Shown here: piece by piece, positions 43,148 through 64,000 of the stretch | Layout of the letters: each line of letters opens with the position of its first letter | Numbering within the stretch: position 1 is the first letter of the stretch | Source of the DNA: Paraspadella gotoi | Lineage: Eukaryota > Animalia > Chaetognatha | Assembly (NCBI GenBank): GCA_051294375.1 | Contig: CM119265.1 | Location: 6,333,489-6,397,488, forward strand | Length of the DNA: 64,000 bases | Direction of reading: 5' to 3' | Program-made: the position numbers and the translations under genes | Notes under the pieces: model-generated | Databases searched by the model: none | What the model was told of the DNA's origin: nothing | The model's input: only the letters and a program-made list of their open reading frames with translations

Positions 43148-45675
43148 GTCACTCTGTTTCCTAGTTACCTCTAAAATCTCCTCCTTCTGCTTTCACCTCT
43201 TAACTCGCTCTCGCGTTGCATAGCGACCGGAGACGCTGATGCCACGGGAGGCAAAGAGAGGAGAGAGAAGGTCCCGTTGGGGGAAAGAAACGCATCGTCT
43301 TAAAAGGAAGCGATGCGTTGCACAAAAGGAAATACGTATTTATATCGCAACCCATTTATATTGGAATAAAGAATTTTTCATTTTTACAGAGGAAGAAATA
43401 TAAGGAGTTCTTCCAATTTATTCGAAATCTGGAATAAAGATATCGGCACTATTTGCCGAAAGCGCCTAACCTAATCCCTATAATACCAATAACCTAAAAT
43501 AGATTTAATCTTGAATCTATTGTTAAATGGGTCGCTTTTGAAAAATAAGGCTAAATCTATCAGTAGGACAAAACCTCCCTGACAATGACATGAACCGTAT
43601 TTTCGGAATGACGGGACGTAGAACGTAAAACGAAACCAGCAATTGGCGATCACGGAAACGCATATAAAACATTTAGTATTTATTTATAGAAACGCATCAC
43701 GCAAAATAGGAGCCCATTCAGCTCGAGCAGCGAAGATTGCCGGTCGAAATGGTGAAATGGGCATCGGAATATGCAGGATATGTCCGGCCCAAAACCTACA
43801 ATATAAGAGATTCTAAAATAGTGTTAAGCTTAAGTAACAATAATATAGTTTTATTATAATTTATTTTATTGAATTATATTATATTAATTGATCCTTTAAT
43901 ACAGTGACAACACGCTTGCCACAAATTGCCCCAACGGGTTTCGCTATTTCCCCGAAAGTCGCTCAAACATTCTCGAGAATCTCTCTCCAGCTCTTGACAT
44001 CCTTCGAGAATCGAGAGCCTTTCCTCAATCCTCAGTCTCGACGCGACGAAACGAACCACGAAGATAAATGAGGATAGAGACGGAGTCGTCGCTTGAGACA
44101 GACGCCCCCTCTGCGCCCAGATCGATTACGCTCGACGGTGCGTCACCGCGTCGCGGCGTCACTCGCGTCCAAAAAGACGTCAGATATTCATTTCCTGCCT
44201 TCGAAGACTCGTAGGGTTCGTTGTATTTCATTAATTTGAACACTAATGGCTTAGGATGATTCAAACTTCAATTATAAACAACTTTCAAAGAGATTTCCTT
44301 CACTTTTTTTTCTCTCTCTCTTCTTCTGCCTTTTCTCTCGCATCGCTTTTTTTTCTTCTCTCTCTCTCCATCCGTTTTGTTTATACTCTAAGGAAATTAC
44401 CTCATGACTTTCAGAACGTGGGACGGTGAAAGGAAGAGTGTTTACAGAGGGGTGAAGCTGAGAGAGGGGAGAGGGGATGGGGAAGAAAAGGGGCAGGCGG
44501 CGGCAGCGGCGGCAGCGGCGGGAGCGGCGGAGGCGGCGGCGGCGCTAAGAAAATATTCGCCTGAGGCCAGGATCTCTTTCCGTCTACTTTCCCGTCTCGA
44601 CGAATTGATTAGTCCGGTTTACGAAAGCCTTCCTCGCTGCGTCTCTTAATGAAAAGGACTCAACTTCTCTCGATGGTCACAGACAATTTCGCGAACCCTT
44701 GTGTATTGAATGTTTTTTAAATGTAAACAAACATGACAAATAATTTAGAATTTCAATTGTAATAACTTGGTATATATCATATATATATCATAACTACCTC
44801 TTCTTTGGTTGTTGTTTCGTCTTTTTTGTTTCGTTTCATTCGTCTTTTCGTTTATTGATTCGATATCAAATTTAATCGTCCAGACCTCAAAACCAAAACA
44901 GATTTATCGCCGCTGGATCTTCCCCGTTGTATTTTCTCTAGGGTCTTTGTTTAATTAAAAATTTATAAAAAGCCTACGCACTTTAATACAACCTTAAAAA
45001 TTGTACTTTAAAATACGTTCCCTTGCACATACAACTTTTGGAGCCAATCCACGCAGGGACAAAAAAAAAATATCGGCGTTCTTCCAAAATAAGGTACCTT
45101 TTGTCGGTACAGACTGGCAGCCACAGTATTTCATTTAAAAAGATGCTAACATCGCCAAAAAATGTTTCTTTTGGAACCGAACTAACGTTTCCACAACAGT
45201 CCGTTCAATCTCGTTCCTCCTACGTACATATAAAAATGAATTAAACTTTCAAAATCGTTTAAAAAGTTTTTTTTTTATTATTTTTTTTTTCTTTTTTGGA
45301 ATTTGAGTCCTCGGAGAAAGTCGGTCGGGAAATCCTCTTGTTCAAACACGAAAACCGAAAAAAAAGGTTTAAAATTCGAGAAAAAGTCGGAATTTCGGAG
45401 TAAAACGAAAAGGAAAACTACGTCGAATTACTCTCACTCTCTCTGTCTCTGTCGGCGTGAGATTAATTCTTGTTTATTTTTTTGCTCCCAGTTTGGGAAA
45501 GGGAAAAAGGGTTATAGTTGGTTTCTTTCTTTATTTTAAGTCACAATCGCGTTTGAAATTAAATTAGTCTAGTGATATTTTGCGAAAAAGACAAGTTTAA
45601 AATTGTTTAACATTCTTTTTTTTCTTAACAAAACTGCTGGTGAATGCACTTTCTTTTCACTTTCTTTCTCTCTCT

Positions 45676-45734
<59 letters not shown>

Positions 45735-45740
45735 TCTCTC

Positions 45741-45774
<34 letters not shown>

Positions 45775-46308
45775 TCTTCTAATTCGCGCGATCGAGGCTC
45801 GACGCCTCCATCGCCACCGCTGACAGAAAATGAAAAAAAGAAAGAAAGAAAGAAAGAAAGCAAGAAAGAAAGAAAGAAAGAAAGAACGTCATTGAAGGAC
45901 AGACATGGAGACAGCGGCTTCGTTGGCGACTTTTTCTTCAGTTTCCGTTGGAACCGAAAATGAGAAGATGACTTTTAATCCGTCGGCGTTTAATCTCCTC
46001 ATTTGAGTATCACGTCATTTTCGTTATTCATCGAACTCATCTTATCTGGTCGCTAATCAGACGAAGCGAAAAGTTTATTGTGACGCTTTTCTATGAATTT
46101 AATGAAAAAATAAGCAAATTTGAATTCTTTTCGTTCTGACGCTTGACTGAGCCGCAATGCGAATCCAAATATTGAAATTGTCAATTAAAAATGTTTTATT
46201 TTGAATAATGGATTTTTTTTGCAATTTCTTTGAGCGATTCTTTTTTTCATTTTATTTTTCAACTTTTTAAAAATTTCCTTACCATAGACTTTCTTGAAAG
46301 GAAAATAT

Positions 46309-46525
46309 AATTTTTAAACTAGAAGAGTTTGAAATGAATTTTCAACAACGATGTGCATAATTTGTTTCAAATTCACTAACTTTTTTAATGCTGATGAAGG
46401 CTTGTAGTTAAGCCGAAACATGTCCGTTTTTTTATTAAAAATAAAATCGTTGTTGAAAATTCATTTCAAACTCTTCTAATTATTACACAACGAAAAAAAA
46501 AGGATTATACCACAATTTTTAAACT
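46309..46525 (+). mobile_element. Penelope-like inverted mini-insertion with 12-bp TSD
   Basis: TSD AATTTTTAAACT at 46309-46320 and 46514-46525; 33-bp inverted arms 46320-46352 / 46446-46478; ~35-nt tail ACAACGAA..GGATTA. Confidence 0.85.
46387..46428 (+). ncRNA. Minimal type I hammerhead ribozyme; predicted cleavage 3' of C46424
   Basis: Stem I AATG/CGTT; CTGATGA; stem II GGCTT-gtagtt-AAGCC; GAAA; palindromic stem III ACATGT; GUC triplet. Confidence 0.85.
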
Positions 46526-47580
46526 TAAAAAAAAAGAATATGTAGAAAACATCAAAGATGATGATTTTCGTTGAAAATAAGCGAGGAAGAGCTTGAGAAC
46601 GAGAGAGAAGAATGAAAAGTGTAAACCTTTTATCTTAAGATAATTTAATATCAACCATTCCGCATTGAAAACCGAACTTAATAAAGTAAATGTAGTATTG
46701 TTTTGACTGCTTCGTGTAAGGCTTTAATTTCGTGTAAAATAATTCCTCCCAAAGAGATTAAGAGTAGAACTTTTTAAGTGAAGAACTAAGTCTGACGCCC
46801 TCAACATTTTTTTCCCTTTTTTTTTAAACTCAAAATATTTTTTATCTTTTCCTTGTTTAAGTGTTTTAATATTGTTTAATCCAGATCTCGATTCACTTTT
46901 TTTCTGGTTGTCTCATTCTTTTTCAATTTCGTCATTGTCATCGTCGCTTTCATTGTCATCGTCGCTTTCATTGTCATCATCGCCGTAGTTCATCGTCGTC
47001 TTCTTCGCCATCGTCAGCATCCAATTTCGGGGAAGATCTCAGATCGCGGAGATTATTTCTCGATCTTGCAAAACCCATTAGAGCTGCACTGCAATTGCTA
47101 TTTGCTATCTGCTACCACCTCTCGATATCTAATGCTGCAAATCGCTATCAAGAAAAACTAAACAAGATCTATGACGACGGAATTGACGGCCACGTCACGC
47201 AGAAACGAAACGAAACGCGCACTCAGTCGCCCGATGTTTTTTTTTGGGTTTGTTTTTTGTAAGTCAAGTAATTTATTTGAGTATATTTTTTTGTACTTAT
47301 CATTTTTAAAGAAATATAATCGATTTGTTGTTACATTTTTCGCTCCAAACCCCAGGATGTTTTTTTTTTTCCATCGCAATTTCATTTGGATAAGCGTCTA
47401 AAGTTACGCAACCTTTTTTTTTTTTTTGCGTCGGGAGATTTGGCAGGTCGATCGATCCGGCCCCGAACCTGCGTCCTCTTTGGCGACCAAGATTTTTTTT
47501 TTTCACTCTTTTCTCTCACTTTTTCTTAAAAAATTGTCCTTATTTTTTTGAGTGTTTATTTGTTTCTGCCTATGACGACT

Positions 47581-47660
<80 letters not shown>

Positions 47661-47971
47661 GTCACTACATTTTGCCGCGAGCAAACAAAAGTGAATTTTT
47701 GTGAATAGGAGGCTAATTTAGTTCCAGGAATGAATGTGCCAAGGCTTTAACGAGGTTGTCGACGTCGGTGTCGCTGAGGACGACATCAAAGCGAGACACA
47801 GATGCTGAGGACGACATCAAAGCGAGACACAGATGCTCTTTTATTGAGATTCTTGTTCAGCTCCTTCCATTCGCGACTTGGTCACCGGAGATTTCTCGGC
47901 GCGAAATAAAAGTGCAAACTAATTTGCTAGCATTTTTTAGAATTCTCTCTGTCTCTGTCTGCCTATCTACT

Positions 47972-48015
<44 letters not shown>

Positions 48016-48835
48016 CTCATCTCATACCTCTCTCACATCTTACATCTCCAGGGTCGCACTCCTGCTTCGTCTCACCATCCGCGTTTATCGCCGAGTGCCC
48101 AAGAAAGAATTCGTTACTAAAATAAATAATTCAAGGAATTAAATCTTTTTTCTCTATTTTAATCCCGTAAAAGAATTTCGTCCCTGAAGAATTAAAGGAG
48201 GGAACGAATAAATCTCTCCGCCACTTCGATCCTGGCGGAGAGTGGATTGTGTGTGATGTTGAATGGAGTGGCGTTGATAGGAATGAAGAGGAATGAAGTC
48301 ATTCTGATTGAGTTGTAGAAGAGAATGGGAGACAAACTTTCCTTTTTTCGAATTTACATTCTTTTTTTTCTGCTATCACCTTTCTCGTTGCAAATAGTAA
48401 AATTATTACTTAAAAAAATGAACCAAAACCAAAAAAGTCATAATTCCTACTTCTAAGAAAAATAACTATTAATCTCGTTACTTTCATTATGCTGATTGCT
48501 GACTCAACAAAATTTCTTTCTTAGAAATTACGACAAAATTCCCTAAAATTAATCGTGCGCCAATCAAGATTCGACGCCAAACCAATTTTGGATGTAACGA
48601 AGTTGGCTACAAAAAGCTAATCATTTTTCCTATAACGAGTCAAGAGTCGACCGTCCAAGTTTAAATCCAACCTCTCTGTGTCTTGTATGTCCATTCAACC
48701 TTTTTGGTTGTAATTTACTTCACTGATTCGTGAGTCAATACGAGATGCGTGAGAGTTAAACAGAAAAAAGGATTAACATTTTTAATGGGCATCCTAATAA
48801 ACAGACGGACAAGCAGACCTCTAATATCGATGAAA

Positions 48836-48943
<108 letters not shown>

Positions 48944-50356
48944 GTCAATAACTCAATCTGCGCCTCAAACCAAAAAAAATAAAAAACCAAAATGCTCTCA
49001 TTATAAGATTTGTTGATGCCTCATAATGATAGCGATTTTTTTAAAAGCGCCAATGGGCGTTGGTGGAAGGAAGCGAGTAGAGGTGCGTTGGCAATCATTG
49101 TAAAGAAAGTTGAGAGAGGTGCGTAGGATGATTACCTCCCGCCACGACGTCGATGACGCAGCTGAGGAAGAGAGGAAGGGTGAGTCGAAGGCGCAAAATG
49201 GTGAGGAATAATCCAGAACCATTATCGATAATCGGTTCCGAGAAAATGCGATGCCGATCTAATATTTTTTTCGTTGGCTTTCCAAAATTGAATTTTCATT
49301 TCGCTCGAAAATAATTCATCAAATTTTTTTCTTGTTTTGTCAAATTCGCGAATGAGAGTTGGTCGATGCGAAAAAGAAAAATGAACACTCATCCAAATGC
49401 AAGTTTAGTTTTCAAATTCTTCTGCAAAAAAATCTGCTAAAAATGCATCACTTGAAAAATGCAGTAAGTCTGCCAAACAATATTTTTATGATCTATAAAA
49501 AAACACGTAAACTCTCGACCTTGGCTACGATGTTAATTATTTATCATCCTTTTTCTTTGTTTCGTTTTGAAAGTTATTATAAACGGGAAAATTTAATTAG
49601 ACATTCAATATCACGTCCAACACTCGTATATAAGTTTAGTTTAGGTCGAAATACTTTAAAAAATCATAAACTAACTTTGATCGATCGAAATTTCTCTCTC
49701 TCTCTCTCTCTGCGTCTGCTCTCTCTTCTCTCTCTCTTCTCTCTCTCACTCTCTCTCTCCTCTCTCTCTTCTCATCCGTTTTCTGGTTTTCCTCTTTCTC
49801 TCATTCCCTCCTTCTCTCTCCGCTTGAACCTCCGAAAATAATTCGGTTAAAAAATTAAAATAAAAATCGCTTTACGGCGAACTGGAGAAGAAGTAATGAT
49901 TTCTGTCTTTATTTTTGGTCGAAAATTAAAGTTGTTTCGTGATAATAAAATGACATCGTTTTCCCGGCACTCCTCCCGCCGCTATTCCCGCCGCTCCGCC
50001 CGTCCATCAGTCCGCACTGTCCGTTCGTCCTTTAGTCCCAACCCCTGTCGGTCCATTTGTCCGCTCATCCGCTTTTCGTCTCTTCACAATTTACAATTCT
50101 ACACGCATGTCGTCATTTTTATCATATTCTCTTTCAACGATACATCGATCAACCTTCGTGATTCTCTCAATTAAAAGCTAAACCATTAAGCTAAATATAT
50201 CCTTTCATACATGCAACCCAACTTTAGCGCAACCGTTCGATCTTTAATCCATCTGTCGGTCCAACTTCTCGTCCGATGATAATCCGTTCGTCCGTTCATC
50301 CTTCGAGCAAAAGACCTCGATCATCGGACGCCAACAACAAACAAACATCGGCTAAA

Positions 50357-50546
50357 TTTTACTTTCGCCGACCGCGGTTTTGGCGGCTTTTGAAAAATCA
50401 CTTAAAAGTGCTTATTTTTTTTTAAAAAATTGATAAAAAAATCTTATTTAATTACTCTTTGAACCCTAACCACCCCTAACTCTAAACCACCCTGAAACCA
50501 CCCTGAAACCACCCTAACCTCGGTCGGCGAAAGTAAAAGTAACCCC
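50357..50546. mobile_element. Non-autonomous Helentron/DINE-like fragment
   Basis: 18-bp inverted repeat TTTTACTTTCGCCGACCG / CGGTCGGCGAAAGTAAAA enclosing AACCACCCT-like tandem repeats, ending GTAACCCC. The family call is inference. Confidence 0.55.
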
Positions 50547-50599
50547 AAACTTCATCCACCGAAATTCGCCTCAAACCAAATTTTCAGTCGCACAAATAT

Positions 50600-50662
50600 T
50601 ATCTTGTAAGAGTGATGGAGGCCTTAAACCACCAAAGCCTGTCCAAAGTCAGGGGCAAGATA
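50600..50662 (+). ncRNA. Twister ribozyme, P5-type permutation with palindromic P1; predicted cleavage U50625/A50626
   Basis: P5 TATCTTGT/GCAAGATA; AA; P2' GAGT; GA; T1' TGG; P1 AGGCCT; TAA; P2 ACC; T2 AC; C-AAA-G; P4 CCTG/CAGG with loop TCCA-AA-GT. Confidence 0.8.
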
Positions 50663-52721
50663 GCTTATTTATTAAATGAATGGATAATTTTTATATTGGT
50701 TGTACCAATTTCATATAATAGAGAAAAAAATAATAAAAGTCGCTTGTTTGTTTGGAGTTTATTTATCATTATAAAAAATGAATATAAGAGGCACGTAAGC
50801 GAAGATGGGCAACAAATGTAAATTGTGGAGAGAAAAGTGCTTCGTAAGTCGTTGGAAACCTCAACTTAAAAGACAAACGGCGCTCGTTTGGGAATTTAAA
50901 GGTCGGGCATCTCGAAGCAAGAGTCTCGTCGATGTTAACGTCGGTCAGGTCAAGTGGCTTTTGGAGATAACAAAGATGACGACCATGACGAAAATGACGA
51001 CGACGACGACGAAAAAATTGGACGAAGCAGATAAAAAAATTTTAAATGCAAGTTACAAGTTACAAAGGACGTAAATTTAATCACAACTCTCTTTTCAAAC
51101 TCCAAATCTAACTGCTAAACAAAACTGCATGTCTCAGCCACCGAAATAAAATTACGTCTTACGATTACTCAGTTGTTTTACGCGACGGGGCCACTGCTCG
51201 GTCCCTGGGTCCCCCAACTATATAAAACGCAGACCTTCCGTCGCTTAAAGACGTTGGGTTCGAACCCCACAGAGTCCGTCGTGATTTTTGGGTCCAAAGT
51301 ATCCAGCGTAGTTTACGTCACGCGGGTTGGGCTCCCCAGATAAGAAAAGAAAAGTGAAGAAAACACGAACGTTTTTCTGTCGGGAGGTCCGCTAGAATTT
51401 TTTTTTTTTAAATTATTTTCTTTCTCTTTCACCTAAATTCGCAACTTCTCCTTCGCTCGCGATTGGTAGTGAATCTTCCCACCTCGAAACCTCGACCTCT
51501 GAAGGCCGTCGTCCATTTTCATTTCTCGACTTTTCATTCGAAATTTTCATTTTAATTTACTTGTTTTTTTTTTTGGTTTTTTTTTTTCATTTCAGATGCG
51601 GGAATCGATTTTCGTCTGTTTCGATCTTTGAGTCAGCGACGGCAGCAACGACGCCAGAGAAGCGGAAACTGCAGCAGCAGCGGCGGCGGCAACGTAACCG
51701 GGCCGCGCGGGCAGGGGCGGCAACCGCCGCAAAGGCGGCAGCCATCGCGGCAGCAACAGCAGCGAAAGCAACAGACTTTGCGCGCGCGCTCGTTCGCACG
51801 CGCTCGACACGCCGGTCGCACGTTCGGCCCTACGAAATTTTCTTTCTCGCCGTAGAAAAATTTAACGAGAAAAAAATAGAAAAAACAAAAGAAGGAAAAA
51901 AAAACGACCTAGAAAACTGAACTGCGGAGGGAAAATGAAAACTTGATGAGAATATAACGCGGATTGAAAAAGACGATAATCCGACGTTAATTTCCAAACT
52001 ATTAACGGTTGTTTTTTATTGTTTTGTTTTTGTTTTCTTGTTGTTTCTTTTCAAGTGTTGATAGAAATGTCGTGATTCGAGGTAACTTCGGGAACGTGTC
52101 ATCGTAAAAAGAAATATTTATTTTTTTCGATTTGAATTCGAATTGAAATCATTCCACGTTTAAATACGACAGACAATTTACGGAAAAAGATTTGATTTGA
52201 AAGGAGGAACTTGAGGTTTCCTTTTCAAAGAAAAAAACCCCGTCGTATTTTCGAATCTTTTTCTACGCTGCCACCTCCCGTAAATCTAAAGAACACAATC
52301 CTTTGATGGACGATCACATTTCCCAATAAATAAATTTTCCTTTCTCCTCCTCACGAGAAAGAAAAGAAAAAACCGTTTAATCCGCGACATTTTGAATTCT
52401 CTTCTTTGGCACTGAGATTCGAAAATCTTAGATCCCGAGATTACTAGCTGGCCGCCGCGGCAAATAGCCACTCAATTTGAGGCTGGAGCAATTAAGAAAG
52501 AAATAGAAAATGAAAAGAGAAAAAAAGAACTCGTTAATTCGGACTTTCCAAGGACTTTAAAATCCTCTTAAAACTTAAAAGTCATTCGCCAGTGTGAAAT
52601 TAAATCGAGATCAAAAATCTTAACTTAAAACTTCTCTTCGTTTCGGAAATTCCATCACCTCACCGCGCCCAACGCGGAAACAAAAATAAAAAAAGCAGCG
52701 GCTCCGTATTTTCCGACGCAG

Positions 52722-62425
<9,704 letters not shown>

Positions 62426-64000
62426 AGAGGATCGAGCGACGACGAGGGGCGGACATTCAGAAAAAAAAAAAATTCCCTCGATTGACGCTTAAAAAAAACT
62501 CGAATTCGTTTCGGCTGACATGACATTGTCAGTGTCGACGAGTCATTTACTTTTCCCCTCCAAATAATTTGTTCAAATCGATTTTGTGACTTACCCCCCC
62601 GACCCTAGACTCTTGGCTCCTATCCCCCAACCCGCTCCTAGCCGATCCTCAAAGCCTCACCTCGCCTCCTTGAATGGAACTGATTTCGCAATCGAAGGCT
62701 TCGACCTACGGCGCCGCGGAGAGCCAGCGTCGCGGCCAACGCGGTTTTTGCAGCGCCGCCAACGGCTCAGTGGGCGCGGCGCCGCTGGGCGGGTTTTTGG
62801 CCTAGAAAACGGGACAAAAGCGCCGGACTTCTGAAGGGCGATGTCTCCCTCCCTTTTTTCCCCCCGAATCGCTTTCATATCAACGACCTCAACAGTTATC
62901 GACCGCCTTCACTCCGAAACGCCCACGACCCCCCTCTCTCCCTCCCCTTGTGTTGTGACGAATTAATATCGCGTGGTCGAGGAAGGAACAGTTCCTTCTA
63001 TCAACTTAATGCTTACCTCTTTTATTTTATTCTTTTTTTTTCCCCTTTTTGAATCTCACGTCACGGAAAAAATATTTAAAAAAAAAAAAACAGCAACAAA
63101 AATGTAAACCTCTGCCTCCTTCATCGCCGTCGCTCTCGAGTAGTGAAAGTTATTTATTTCAAAACAATTGTTAGACCAATTGACATTTAGATTATCAATT
63201 ATCACATCGACCCTTCATTTTTTTTTTCAAATCATGTTCATCACAAACATCGTAATTACTTTTTGTAGCTTTCCTAAGTCATTTTTTTACGTTACCCGTT
63301 ATTTAAATACCGAATTTAATTTTCACCTTTGAACTAAATACTTTTTAACGACAATCAATCAATTATTATTTCAATACACGAAACTGATTTTTACTACAGG
63401 AGGCAAGTACTTTTTTTTTTTTTTTTGTGAAGACTATCACATGAATAATTGGACGTTTAAAGGGTCGACAAGCCTCCGTACTGTCCCATTTACACGTTTA
63501 CCTTTCTATTACATTGTTCGAACGGGACAAGAATATATAACACGCGATTTGATTCAAGCGAGTGCTACGTCACTATCAAGAAGTGAATTTTTCAATGATT
63601 TGATGTTTTGTGCCATCTGTTTATTTGTTGGGTAAGTTCCTTCGTCTTGACTTACCGTTCTTGTAAAAAAAGATTTGAATTGAATTAAATAAATATATGT
63701 CTATCACCAAGAGCAATGGTTAAGTATCAGTAATGATAATCATATTTTTTAGATATAACAAATAAAAATTTTAGATAAACATCAAAAATTTAGTAAAGAA
63801 ACAAATAGTATTTCTCTGCAGTATTAGTCAAAAGCGCTCGATGCACCAAATATTTCGGTTTGCGAAAAAGTTAAACAAATGAACACACGTAGTTATGAGT
63901 CGGTATAAACTTGGATCATACATGTATAAACTTGGAAGTTTTATATTCGCTGGACATTGGACAATGGGCTTTTAATATTCGCTCTTCCGTCGTCATGAAC

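Noticed and set aside
47773-47837. 30-bp direct duplication (also 9-bp x4 at 35011-35044)
   Set aside because: Simple local slippage duplications with no further structure.

Overview
AT-rich, microsatellite-rich eukaryotic (invertebrate-like) draft scaffold with two N-gaps. I assembled the genes by hand from splice sites and reading phase. They are: a 2-exon multi-pass membrane gene (-, 2507-4889), head-to-head with a complete 17-exon gamma-glutamyltranspeptidase (+, 5562-35182); two C-type lectin genes nested antisense in GGT intron 9; a 4-exon tail-anchored orphan gene (+, 36168-37072) with an antisense tRNA-Pro(TGG) in its intron 2; and a PRKX/PKA-C3-type kinase (+, about 52722-62425). The most striking signal is a set of small ribozyme-bearing mobile elements. 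(1) Three 234-bp elements have precise ends and 4-bp TSDs and contain a tRNA-like head followed by a circularly permuted (P5-type) twister ribozyme with a near-palindromic mini-P1. (2) A second twister family (50.6 kb, 13.1 kb) covaries with the first at P2, T1 and T2. (3) A related 235-bp TG...CA element carries a decayed twister. (4) Three Penelope-type inverted mini-insertions are present, one with an intact minimal hammerhead. There is also a compositionally foreign ~650-nt segment with collinear rod-like pairing around a 74-aa ORF. All structures were read by eye and need computational and experimental confirmation.
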